The notes beneath the pieces were generated by a model, which had not been told where the DNA came from, did not search any database, and worked only from the letters and a program-made list of their open reading frames with translations. The position numbers were made by a program, and so were the translations under genes. DNA of 64,000 nucleotides from Eledone cirrhosa (Eukaryota): contig OZ024745.1 in NCBI GenBank assembly GCA_964016885.1, positions 90,272,001 to 90,336,000 of the forward strand. The letters run 5' to 3'. This document shows positions 40,571 to 53,381 of this stretch, in pieces (within the stretch, counting starts at the first letter, position 1; every line of letters begins with the position of its first letter).

Positions 40571-41448
40571 TGATATACAACGTTGTCTCTTAGTCGTGTA
40601 ATGTGCTAAATTATATACAACGGACTTCTTTGTCTAAAACCATTAAGGAATGATATTTGACGTTACATATGCCACTTTGTATTGGTGAATAGTAATGAAT
40701 AGATTAGAGGAAATTATAAATGGAAACCTGTGTTCCATGTAACTCTAAACGCAAAAAGGAAATCCTGTTTAGAAACCAATGGTACTGGAGCCCAATTGTC
40801 TTTCGGATCACTTAAAGAACACCTGAATCTATAACATATGTATTCTTCCGTTCAATAGACGAACTTCTGGATTTACTTGAACTACTAAAATAGCAGCCCC
40901 TCATGTCACGCCCTATTCAACATTGAAAAGGAAGAACACATCATTGACGTGTTGAATTAGGGCCAACCTTGGGTTAAATAACTGTAATGTAGTTTAATTC
41001 TATGTAGGGAAAAGACAGTTTTATAAAAATTTGTTTGATTTCGTTTTTTTTCTTTCTGTTTAATTTACAACGCCATTTTTTATTATGTAGAATATCATTT
41101 GAATTTCCTCCTATGAAGCACTGGTATTTATTGGATCAAATCCGGCGTTACGGAAGGATTCGTATTAATGTAACCCAAAATTGTTTCAACGAAAATTGTT
41201 AAAAATTTAAATTAAATATAACAAACAATACATTTAACTCTATGCGCTGCCCTTTTCTCCAAATCTACACCCTTCAACAATTTCAGGCATATTAAGATAT
41301 ATGTAAAATATACTTCGACATTTTATTACTGTAAAATATATTTAGATATTTTATTACTACTACTAATTTTAACTAGATATTCTATCTGTAATTAACTAAT
41401 AACAAACACTGTCCAATACTAATAGTTTCTCACATTGTCACAAAGGTT

Positions 41449-41636
41449 AATAATTGTTTCTACTTTTGACACAAGGCCAGCAATTATCCCAGTGCATTAC
41501 TGGTTCTTTATTTTATCGACCCCATAAGGATGAAAGGCAAAGTTAACCTCGACGGGATTTGAACTCAGACCGTAAAGCGACGTAACTAGGCTGGAAAGCA
41601 TGGCGTCCGACCCTCTACCGATACTGCCAATCCACT
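41449..41636 (-). mobile_element. SINE family 1
   Basis: Matches 7401-7596. Confidence 0.85.
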
Positions 41637-41844
41637 GACGCAAAGGTGAATAATGCCCAATAATAAACTTTATATGAGTGACATACAATTCATAGAATTA
41701 ATACCCAGTAAATTACTAGAGCAATATTTATCGACCTCGAACGAATAAAAAGGAGAATTTGAATTCAGTGTGCAAAAGGATTCCATTAAATACGACAAGG
41801 CATTTTTATCCAGTCCTTTCCATTTTCTGTCCTCCCTTTAATAA

Positions 41845-42030
41845 TAAATAATTATTTCTACTTTTGGCACAAGGCCAGCAATTATCCCAGTGCATTACTG
41901 GTACTTTATTTCATCGTAAGGACGAAAGGCAAAGTTAACCTCGGTGGGATTTGAACTCAGACCATAAAAGGGCCATAACTCTTTGCTGCAAAGCATGGCC
42001 TCCGACCCTCTACCGATACTGCTAATCCAC
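41845..42030 (-). mobile_element. SINE family 1
   Basis: Matches 7401-7596. Confidence 0.85.
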
Positions 42031-42416
42031 CTTTTCTAATAAATAATAAAACTAACCGAAGTTAATTATTACTAATGAGAATAAAATTCTATTGAATACA
42101 CGATGCTATTTTCAGAGGTTAAAATGAACTGCCAAAAGTGGACTTGTTAATTTATGTATGTTCATATAAAGGATTTATGTTAATATTATTATCATTATTA
42201 TTATTATTGGTCTAAGCCGACGTATTTTGCTCGCTCACAGTAAGTCGCTTTATTTGCCTGTTTAAATTATTTGTTGTTAAATATTTCTTGTTGTGTAAGG
42301 GATATAAGCCCTTAGACTTTGCCCCGTGAAGGGGAAAGTATAATATTTGGGCCTTTTGGCCCAAATATTTGAACTTTTTTTTTACATGTTAAAAAATTTA
42401 CGAAGAAAAAAAAAAA

Positions 42417-44361
42417 ATGGCTGAGCCACGCCCCCCAGCGATATGTCGGCTGTCGTGCAACAACGACGTAGAAGTTGAGAGGAGCGCTACAGCGAAATTA
42501 ACACACATTGATAACACAAACACCACCACAAACAAGGTAAACAAAGACACCAATGACACCAATAAGAACTCTAATTTGAAAAAAAAATGACAGTAACAGC
42601 GACAACGAAAATACAGATAACAAAAAAATAATAACAAATACAACAACAATATCAACACTACTAACAGGAAAACAAATAGCGACAACACCAACAGCAACAA
42701 TACCAACTGCACCGAGAACAACGGTGGCAGCAAAGACAACAATGATAACAGCGACAGTGCTAACAACAACACCCCCAACGAAAACAAGAACACTTTCGCT
42801 GCGGCAGCAGCAAAAAAGAGGCCATGCTTCAACATGGACTTCTCAAACAAAGATGAAAAGTGGCCCAGGCATGGAAGCTCATCAAGCAAGAGCAAACTTG
42901 GGCCAACTTAACTGTCCCGGTAGAAGCTATTGAGGCAGTGGAGCGCAAAACGGTCCATTATAGATACATCTCAGCACAAACCAAAAGGGCAGCGTTAATC
43001 CCACAAGAAGATGTCGAAGTCGCGCTGAGGTGCATCAGAGAAGACACCCAGTACATAGAGAGGGGCAGACAGTACGGCACCATTTCGGTGTTGTTCAAGT
43101 CAGAAGCCCTCGCGATGAAACACGCCATAACTCCTTGCAAAACCAGCAAGGTCATAATGTACGCCTCCCACATGGGAAAAATAACGGCCCGTCTCCGCAT
43201 TCCCAGAATCCCACCAGCACTTGACATATGGTGGCTTCTGGAATCTGTGATTGTGGAGGGGACGGATACAGTCCCTATAGAAGTGACCAGAACGGCCAGA
43301 GAGGACAGGTCCAGGGTTGACCTAGAGATCCTTCTCCAGATCAGGCCCGAGAATGTGAAGACAATCCCGAACCACATCCGCCTTCAGAATGGGACGGTCA
43401 TTCACATTATGACCGAAGGCAAAAGGCCGCAGTGTGTTGTTTATGGGGAAAAAACCCATTTGCGAGCCTTCTGCCCTCAACTTCTGAAAGAGGCAAGGGG
43501 TCGAAAGGCTCCACTGCTGCCGACGCCCGGGCGAGGACCACAACCAACACCTGCACCGGCAAAACCACCAACAACAACACCAATAGAAAGACCACCACCA
43601 ACATTGACCACCCAGGGGGGAAACGAGGAAAGCTGTCAAATTCCACCTCCCCCCAAAAATACACACACTAATAAAACCTTAAACATACATACAGACACAC
43701 TTACAGACACAGATCCCTCATCTACCAGTAGTGAAGATTAGGGAAATCCAAAATCCCTCTAAATACAAAAAAGGAAACACAAAAAGAAAAAAAAAATCAA
43801 CAAAGCACAAAAGCACCCACAATAAAAAACGCAGACACCACCCACGCAAACATCTCTCCAATAACACCAACATCAACACCACCATCACCAGAATCCCCCA
43901 AACGCAAACAACCGAAACAGACGCAAGAACAAATATACACACAAACATCTGAAACCACAGACACCGCACTCACAACAAACATAGATACAACCGAAACAAC
44001 ACCACCAAAACCATTACCACCACAGCCACGCAAACAAATTAAATCACACCAACAAAACATACAAAACTTCGTGCTCGTCAGGAGGGCCAACAAGGAACTG
44101 ATGGCCCTCGTAGCACGAAGTGAAAATATACAAAAAGAGGGGGACATTTTTAAATCGAGCACATTTCGCGTGCCGGAAGATTTGGTTCTGGTGCGAATGT
44201 CGCTCGACATATTCAAAGAAATACGAGACAGCTTTCCTCGGGACGTGGGAACCCCGAACGTAAAACCCACTTCAAGACTTTTAAAGGGGTTCCCAAAAGA
44301 AACCCCACTAACTATGGAGGTCGAACAACCCGACCTTCACAAGAGCCCGGAAGGTAAGTAA
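42417..44361 (+). pseudogene. Tx1 copy A ORF1 (gag-like, zinc knuckle), disrupted
   Basis: Asn-rich N-terminus, EGKRPQCVVYGEKTHLRAFC knuckle, Pro/Thr-rich tail; stops and frameshifts. Confidence 0.8.
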
Positions 44362-44392
44362 ACCTTCCTCTCTCTCTGGTTAACCTGCCAAC

Positions 44393-47300
44393 ATGGCCGT
44401 ATTAAGAGTAGGATGTTTAAATGTTCGAGGTCTGGGATCGTCCTGGATGCAGGGTCACCTGCTCGACGACCTCAGGTCTATAGAAATGGATGTAATTGCA
44501 GTCAGCGAGACCAGGATTTCCGGCACGCGCGCACTAGCCCCCATTTTCGACGACTATCAGATTATTGCATCTGTTAGCCAGCCGGGAATGGGAGGCGGGG
44601 TGGCAGTGCTGTTTAGGAAAGGCTTGGATCTTGAGGTAAGGTCGATCTTCCGGGACCCGGGCGGGAAGTTGGTGGTCCTGGACGTGAACAATAATGAAGC
44701 TGGTGCCTTTAGACTGGTGGCCGTCTATGCTCTTACTGGGGCAGGACGGCCGGACTTCTTTAGACGCCTGGAAGCCTTTCTGGGTACGTCTCGCCCTTTA
44801 CTGTTATCGGGGGACTGGAACGGCATCTTAGACGCACGCTGGGACTGTGTGGGAGTATCCGATAGGAGTGAGGGGGGTGCAAAAGCCTCAAGAACCTGAT
44901 CAGCCAGTTCCAACTGTCTGACAGGTACCGACTAGATTTCCCTAATGCGCCAGTGTGGACCTGGGCTAACCGCATAGGGTCATTTAGATCGTATATAGAC
45001 AGGATATTCATTAGGAAAATAGACAGAAATAGTGTAAGCCGTCCACATTTTGAAACGGTCGCCTATTCAGATCACAAGTTTGTGATCTGTATGGTCGACC
45101 TAGATAAGACGCGTAGGTTAGGACCTGGTTACTGGAAGCTAAACATGTTATTTCCGGCACGTAAGGGACCAGGTCAACAATTTAGTTAAGAAAAAGTTGA
45201 CAGGGGGAGTCGTCAACAATAGATGGTGGGGGGCTCTCAAAAGAGAGATTATAGTAATGTCGATAGAGTTTAGCAAGGAAGTAGCATTAGAGAAAAATAG
45301 AAAGGAGGGGGAGTTGGTAGATAAGTTAGACGAGGCTATTGGTAGTGGCATTGCAACTGATGTGCTAGCGGCGAGAATGGCATTAGACCATTTCTTCAAT
45401 GCGAAACACGAAGGTTGCATTGTCAGAGCTAAGGCGCGTGCTCTGAGAAACAAGGGAACCAAAGCTGTTCGATGGGCCCGCGTGGCAGAGGCGCAGCGTG
45501 GTAATAAAACCACGATTCGGTCTTTGACGGACCGAGACGGGCACGAGCTGAGCGATTTCAAGAGGATGTGTGAGGCCTTTCGCCAACATTTTGCTCGGTT
45601 GTTCGGGGGAAGTGGGGGGTCAGAGATGGTGGCGGACTTCAGTCCCTACCTCGATGGCTTGCCGCAATTCTCGACGGCTGACGCTGGGCGCTGCGAAAGG
45701 CCAATTACTTCAGCCGAGATTCAGGATGCCCTTGTAGGCTGCATGAGGCGCAAGTCACCCGGTTTGGATGGTCTGCCCTAGGAGCTGTACGTAAATATGC
45801 CAGATTTGTTCTCCAATCTCCTCGAAGCCCTCTACTGCAACTGGCAGCAAAACGGGAGTATTCCCAGTTCTGTGACTGGGGCGTAGTGACGCTGATAAGG
45901 AAAGACGAGAACAAGAGGGACACATTAGACAATTTCAGGCCCAAAACTCTGCTCAACACAGAGTTTAAGATTTTGGCCAGGGTGTTAGCGAAGAGGTTAG
46001 CGCTTGTCGTCGGGGATTTGGTTGGGGAGGCGCAAACTTGCGCAATCCCAACCAGGTCCATACATGACAACCTTCACCTAATGCGATACATCATAGAGAG
46101 GGTAGGATGTAAACCTGGCCTCGGTGGGGCTCTGATCAATTTAGATCAATCGAAAGCATTCGATAGGGTCGACCATCGGTACCTGGAGGCTGTCCTCAGG
46201 GCGGCTGGCTTCGGCCCCGTCTTCAGAAGCTGGATCGCTGCAATGCACAGCGGCACCTGCTCGATGGTCAAAATTAATGGCCACCTCTCGGAACCGTTTC
46301 AGGTCTCCCGATCGGTCCGTCAAGGGTGCCCTCTCTCCTCCTTTCTGTACGTATTGACTCTCGAGCCTTTACTGCGGAAGCTGGAGCTGTTGCAGGGCAT
46401 CCCGCTCGAACCGGGACGCGGAAAGGCTGTGTCGGCTTGTGCGGACGACATCACCGTGATGGTGTCGGACACCTCAGAAATCGAGGTGGTCGGCAACTTA
46501 TTGGAGGAATATGAAAGGTTGACGGGAGCAAAACTTAACCCGGAAAAGTCAGTGGGCTTGCAACTCGGCACCTGGAGAGGCAAGTCCATGACGTCCAATA
46601 GCGTCGTTAGGCGCTGGACGGACGGACCGGTAAAGTTGCTAGGGGTTTGGTTCGGGCCAGACCTCCAGATGGATAAGAATTGGGACGAGGTGACAGGTAG
46701 GGTAATCAGTCTCACCCAGAAATGGGCTGGGATGAAGCTATCACTGAAAGGTCCGGCGGAGGTGGCGAACGCGTACATCGCGTCCGTCATCTACTACCGT
46801 CTGACTGTCGTCCCTTGCCCCCGTTCGCGCCTCGCCATCTTGGAGCGGCTCCTCTTCAAATTCTTGTGAAGGGGTCAGGTTCCGCTGGTGAGGCGGTCCA
46901 TCTGTTGCCAGCACCATCTACGTGGAGGGATGGGCATGCCGTGGCTAATGATGCGCAGGCACGCGCTGAGGCTGCGGCATCTCCAGATATTCTGCCTAAA
47001 CGGTGAACAGGTGTGGTCGCCGTTTATCAGACAGGCCTTCCGCAGCTCGTTTCTTTGACTGAGTTGCAGTCCTGGGTCAAGAAGAGACCGAGATTGGGTG
47101 ACTGGCATCTGGAATGTTGCCAGGCACTCACTGCCCTCTACCAGGCGGGCAATGCGGTCAGTGGAACTTCCACTCTCGAGTTCTATAGAGGATTAGTGGT
47201 GGGCAAGTGTGACGACGCACTCGGAGAGGCTCTGGGAGTCAACGAAGTCGAACTAACCAGTCTGTACCGGAGGACTTTCGAGCCGGGGACGATGGATAAT

Positions 47301-47807
47301 TTCCAAAAATCCCTCGCTTGGCAGTGCTACCGGGGGGCACTGCCGGTTCGAGATAAACTTTACAGGCACGGAAGTTCTGTCACACAGACCTGTCCGAGAT
47401 GCGCGCAGAGCGACGAAACCGTTCTGCACGCACTCGTCCAGTGTCCGTGCATTACTGACTTGTGGAGTTATGTTGAACAGCTGTTGTCGCATGTAGAACG
47501 GATCCGGCTATCGGCCGAGTCCATAGTGAAGATCGACCCGCCGCCTTCTTTTGGCCAGGAAGGGCAGGCAATTTTCCTCTGTCTGGTGGCAGTAGCGAAA
47601 GAGGTTGTATGGTGGACGAGGTTGAAAGGACTGAAGACAGACACTTTTCTCTTCGGCCAATCCCTCATCAACTTTTTCAAGTTTCACTTGGAAAGGAAGG
47701 TTAGGGTGGAGAGAGAAGTGCTGCACTCCAGTACATTTGCTGAAAGGTGGGTGAATGTGGCGAGAATGGCCCGTGTGAGTGGGCCTACTCTGGTCATGCG
47801 GCTGTAG
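44393..47807 (+). pseudogene. Tx1 copy A ORF2 (APE endonuclease, RT, CCHC), disrupted
   Basis: LNVRGL, SET, GDWN, IDRIF, SDH, KSPGLDG, LDQSKAFDRV, RQGCPLS, CADD (mutated YADD), CPRC..ETVLHALVQC. Confidence 0.93.
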
Positions 47808-48130
47808 GTAGGTAAATTTGAAGAGGAGAGGGGTGCCCTTCCAGGGTGCTCTCGAAGCGTCAGGTTGTTCAGGACTGTTGGGGTACCTGAGCGAACCCTA
47901 GGTGGTCATCCCCCCTATTGGGGAATTTTTTCTTGTTGTAATTTTATTGTTACTTTATTGTTACTTTTTTATTGTTACTTTGTTTATTCATATTGTTTAC
48001 TCGATTTTTCTGTAAAACCCCACTGTCCCAGTCTTTTGTATTGTCCCCTATATGTCGGCCCTTGTGGCCAATAAATGAAATCATTATTATTATTATTATT
48101 ATTATTATTGCTGTTGTTGTTGTTGTTGTT

Positions 48131-48230
48131 GTTAACTTTACCTTTCACCCTTACGGGGTCGATAAAATAAAGTACCAGTAATGTACTGGGTAATTGCTGG
48201 CCTTGTGCCAAAAAGTAGAAACAATTATTA
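48131..48230 (+). mobile_element. SINE family 1, 3' half
   Basis: Matches 7401-7596. Confidence 0.8.
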
Positions 48231-49326
48231 TGTACGCCGGTATCAAATTTATAACAGGCTGCTAAAATAGTCTTTGTTCAGATTTGAAGTGCTGTGTCGA
48301 AATAAATTCATCTTAACTGCTATAAAGATCGTTAAAGAGCAAGAGAAAGATAGACAGAGAGAGAGAGTTACGAAATATCAAGTTGCCTGGAACTGTTTTC
48401 TCTTATTTTAATTCTGTTTTTTTTTTTTAAAGTTTAATTAAGAAATAATGATACAGCCCACCTGAAAATGTCTTCAAATCAATAGAGGCTTGAAACTGAG
48501 CTGTTTTTTTTTTGGCATAAATGTTTTGAAATGTCTATTCAATATCCGTTTGGCTGCTTTTATGACACACTACAGCCATCTCCAGCACTGGCCCTACATT
48601 TCACAAATACCACACCAACAACAACAAGAACGTTGGCCGTTTGGGGTATTTTGAAAATGTTCGAGTTTCACTGTCTAATCTATGTTCTTCGGCTTTTTTG
48701 TTTTGTTTTGTTTTTTGTTTCTTTTGTTTGTTTTTGTTCATTTCTTGATGATGTTATTGCTTATTTCTTTCATGGCCTCGCTGGCGTTACTATAGAAATC
48801 TTAACTAAAGCAAATATCACTCGGAGAATTTATTTGCTAAACAAATATCTCAAGCAACTCCAAGATGTCTATAATGCATTTCAAAGTACTTAGCCATACT
48901 TGATGACAATGGAGTTATCCATCAGAACGCTAGAATATCTTGTAGCGTTTCAAGGAGTTTTAATGTAAAAAAAATTCTCAGTACTTGCGGTCAGAGCTTC
49001 TCTAAGAATCAGATAAAGAAGAAAACCTACTTCCGGCAATGCTCTCCGAATAATGACTTCGAAGAACTAAGTTATAATAGATTCAAAGAAATCTTTTATT
49101 CCCCTATCTCTCTTTTACTCATTCTCTCTCTCCTTCCTTCCATCTCTCTCTCTTCTTCTCTCTATCTCTCTCCTTCTTTCCCTCTCCCTTTCAGTTTCTT
49201 TCTTTCACTCGTTCTCTCTCTCATTCTCTCTCTCATTCTCTCTCTCATTCTCTCCCTCCTCCTCTTGATGTACTCCCTCTATCTTTCTTTCTCTCTTTCT
49301 TTCCCTCTGCCTCTCGATGTATTTCT

Positions 49327-49373
<47 letters not shown>

Positions 49374-50496
49374 TTTTTCTCTTTCCCTCTCAATGTCTTT
49401 CTTTCTCTATTTCTCTCTCCCTCTCTCTGTATATATATGTATTTCTTTCTCAGGAAATGTAACTAAGAATACCAAGTGATTAAACGAACGCAAATCATTG
49501 GATAATAGAAGAAAAATAAAAGAAACGAATTTTGTTACAATAAAGTCATTGATGAGAGTGATATTATCTGAAGAACTGTGATGAGAAAGAAGAAAAAATA
49601 CCACTATAATCAGAATGGAAGAACTTTTATTCTGATTGAAATTGCTGTCTTGAATCTGAAAGAGATCACCATGTTTATTTCTATATCAAGTTATTGTCGA
49701 TCCATCTTAAAGGTAAAAAATCAATAAAAGTTGTCTTGAAATTATAAGATTTCATACAAGATCGTATAACTAATATGGATACATGAATATATATTTTTTT
49801 TAATCTAGCTTCATTAAATATAAAAGTAAAATAACTGGATTCTAATTTCGTTCAGCAGAATTCTGAAACAACATTGCGATACTTGCTGTATGATAAATTT
49901 GACGAACGTGTCCTGATTAAACCCAATTCAGAATCAAAAGAGGAATTATTTGTCTTTCTTTCGTTGTGCATAGTGTATTAATTCGAAAGAGATGGCTACC
50001 ATTGTTATCAGTTTAATTATTCAATTTTAATGCAAAGCAAAGCTGAGTTCCACCAGCATTGATCTTAAAAGAGTGAAACAGAACTTAATACAAATAAATG
50101 ACCCCTAATCAATATCTTTCTGACTCCATCTAGCAAAGAAGAATGGAGTCGTTTACTGTTGCGTTCTCTCGGCCTAATAAATGATTTGAATTTAAGGCTA
50201 CAAACTACCGATGCACTCGACCAACCGGTTAGAGTACCTTTACGTCATTACTTCCATCTTTAAAAGAGGAAGGACATATTAGATGATGTAATCCCAGATT
50301 CGTCTGAAAAGACAGTATAGAAAGCCTTTGATCATATGTTTACTCAATCAGGATTAATCTGAGGATTAGCAACAGCAACAACAATCGAACCACTCAGTTT
50401 TTAATGTACCCTCTGTAACTAACAAAAGTGGCCTGTTACTAATCAGTATATATTTTTAAAGGTACCTAGACAAAACTTTTGGTAGTATTATTTACA

Positions 50497-50689
50497 GCAG
50501 TGGATTGGCAGTATCGGTAGAGGGTCGGAAACCATGCTTTGCAGCACGGAGTTACGGCCCTTTATGGTCTTATTTCAAATCCTGTCGAGGTTTAACTTTG
50601 CCTTTCGTCCTTACGGGGTCAATGAAATAAAGTACCAGTAATGCACTGGGGTAATTTCTGGCCTTGTGCCAAATGTAGAAACAATTATT
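50497..50689 (+). mobile_element. SINE family 1, full length
   Basis: Matches 7401-7596. Confidence 0.85.
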
Positions 50690-51219
50690 TACAGTTATAA
50701 ACATCTCAAACCGATCAAAAATAACAAAAATCAAAGTATTACAATTTTATTTGTATTTTACGAAAATACGATATATTCGAAAACAATAATGTTTTCTTGA
50801 TTGTAGTAGATTTAGCATTGCGTTTTACGTTTTTTGGTATAAAAAGCAATTGTAAATTTAAAGAATGCATTCTAGCTAAGCGAAATAGAAGATAAAGAAG
50901 ATTAACTGCCATTGTAGAATACTAACACGACTAGAGAAATCTGACATGAATGGAGGAGAATGACGGTATTACTGTAGAATGTTGATATCATTGTATAATA
51001 GCTGTATCATCGTCGAATGGGTATTTCGATATATAATGGGGATATCAATATACAATGATGATATCATTGTTGAAAGGTAACATATCAATCATGACTAATG
51101 TAGCAAAGCTTTCCTGACATTTTGGATTACATTTAGAACAGCTAAATGACATCTGAAACCAACGCTGGAGAAAATACGGACAAATAGAAAATCTTTCGAT
51201 TATAATGAGTAATAATGAG

Positions 51220-51279
<60 letters not shown>

Positions 51280-51377
51280 TTTCAAGATGCATCAACTAGT
51301 ACTTACATAAGTGGCCCTGGGGGTATGGAATTTAATGTAAACCTTGTTAAAATTTGAACTCAGAACATAAGCAGATA

Positions 51378-51805
51378 TCTTCTTCTTCTTCGCCCACTTA
51401 TTCCTGAGAGGGTCGTGGGGGAAGAGTTCTCAAACACTTTATAACGGGTTCTGTCAGAAGTAACCGTTCCCAACTGATCCAACTGGATCCCTAACCGAGA
51501 CCAACCAAGCTCATGAATGTTATCCAACCCTGTTCCTCGGGATCTACCCCTGGGTTTCCTATCGGTTGATTTTGCTCGTAAAATTTGCCCATCGATTCTT
51601 TCCTGGGCCATTCTAACCACATGCCCATAGTTTTGGAGCTGTGGTCTCTCAATTCGGAGAAATCGTAGGATTACCAAGAAGTATATCATTGTGTTGTCGA
51701 ACTTGAAAAATGCACATGACCGCATTCCTCGGGGCCTGCTGTGGAAGGTTCTGCAGGAATATGGGATCGATAAGCAGCTTCTTACTGGTCTTATGTCTCT
51801 ATAAA
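51378..51805 (-). mobile_element. RTE-clade LINE 3' end with (AGA)n tail plus an inverted RT fragment
   Basis: Minus: YGHVVRMAQER...RKPRGRSR. Plus 51690-51805: VELEKC/LKNAHDRIPRGLLWKVLQEYGI. Confidence 0.75.
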
Positions 51806-53381
51806 CGGACGTATGCTATTAAATATTTATAATAGTTGGAAGAAACATATGTATATTCTAATACAGGTCCAGATCATGACCCACTATATACATTTAGACC
51901 AACATTTATAATTTAATCTACACAAATACAACTCTGCCTATTTGGCCATTTTCCAGAAACAAATCGTTATATCATTTCTGGGTATTTAACACCTAACATC
52001 ATTACTATTACTTGTTTTCACAAATGTTCACATTCGATTGTAATTTATGTCTAATATATACGGTGTTAATTGGATGAGAGACAAAACTTCCCTTGCAGAG
52101 GTTTAGAATCAGTTAGAGATAACCTCTCCTGCGGGTAGGGGACCTAATCCAGTACTACAACTCATCAATTTTAGAATGATTTGCATTTGCTGCCTACTGC
52201 TCGGGGAATTGGCCAATTCAAAGATTGCGATTGTTGCAGCTCAGGAGCCAGTACCGTGCTTGGTGACAGAATACAAACAAATTATCACAGCCTGTTGTCA
52301 GATTCTTTATCAGTTCAGCTATTCGCATAGCTACAGAATGTACTAAGGATCAAATATAACAATATTCTCTTCGATATAAGCGACAAAGATAAAACCAGTT
52401 GCGTTCTTTGTGTTTTAACAAAAACATAAGCGGCCAACCACGTGAATTAAATATAAACGAAAAACATTTTTCGAAAGACTACAATGCAAATCCTTTTAGA
52501 AAACTGTAAACACTGCTGAACCGGTAAAAATAATCAAAAATATACAAATAAGCATCTGATTACTTAGTACAATAATACAGAAACCTTCTAAATAACCAAA
52601 GGGTGGGTCATTGTAATTTTCAAACTCTATACATATGATCCCTCAGTTTCAACTTCTTAATAGGGAAAGTCATAGAAACTATAAACCAGTTTTAGAAAAC
52701 AACAATACAAATATCTTTATCCTATAGGACTGGATCATAACTGACATATCATTTTTCATAACAGCAATATTTTAAGAATTGACGTAGAAATACTGGATGA
52801 ATATGGTGCAGAATCGAACTGAGGGACTAGGGAATTATAATGGCTTCTCTATTGAATGTACAATTTTACGGCATGTAAATTGTAATTGCTATTACTGGAA
52901 TGATAAACGATCACAACTTTACAGAAACTAATGTTACCTCTAAGTATAGATATAGAAGCGCATAGCATAGAAATAGAAATAGGATGAACTGTAAATATTA
53001 TTTCTCTCCAAGCATTTGCAGAAAATTCACTATTTGTATGGATAAATTCCCAGTTGTTCCTCATATTTGTTTAGTCATAAACAAGAAAGAAACCTCTTGG
53101 TGTGAATATTTCTCACATTATCAACAGTAACGAAGATGATAATAATAATTATTATTATTATTATTATTATTATTATTGAATGCCATGGTTGACGGAGGCT
53201 CATATTGTAAATTTTGACCGCTATAACAATTGTAAATTGTTTAAAACTTTAACCAAACTGTAGACAAAAATACCCTCCTCCTCGTGAGAGGGGTCTTTCT
53301 GCCCGTTATTTGGCCCTTCGGGGTTAAATAACCGCTTATTGGGGTTTTGTGCCCAATATTTATTTTAAACCCCCCAAAAAA

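Larger units (their letters stand above)
42209..48082 (+). mobile_element. Full-length L1/Tx1-clade LINE copy A in (ATT)n
   Basis: 5' UTR, ORF1, ORF2 and 3' UTR ending CCCTTGTGGCCAATAAATGAAATC; (ATT)n on both sides. Confidence 0.93.

Noticed and set aside
40058-40601. Poly-His, poly-Asp and poly-Met proteins
   Set aside because: These are translations of a (CAT)n microsatellite, open on both strands.
48531-50400. Host exons or old LINE
   Set aside because: No recognisable motifs or consistent splice structure.
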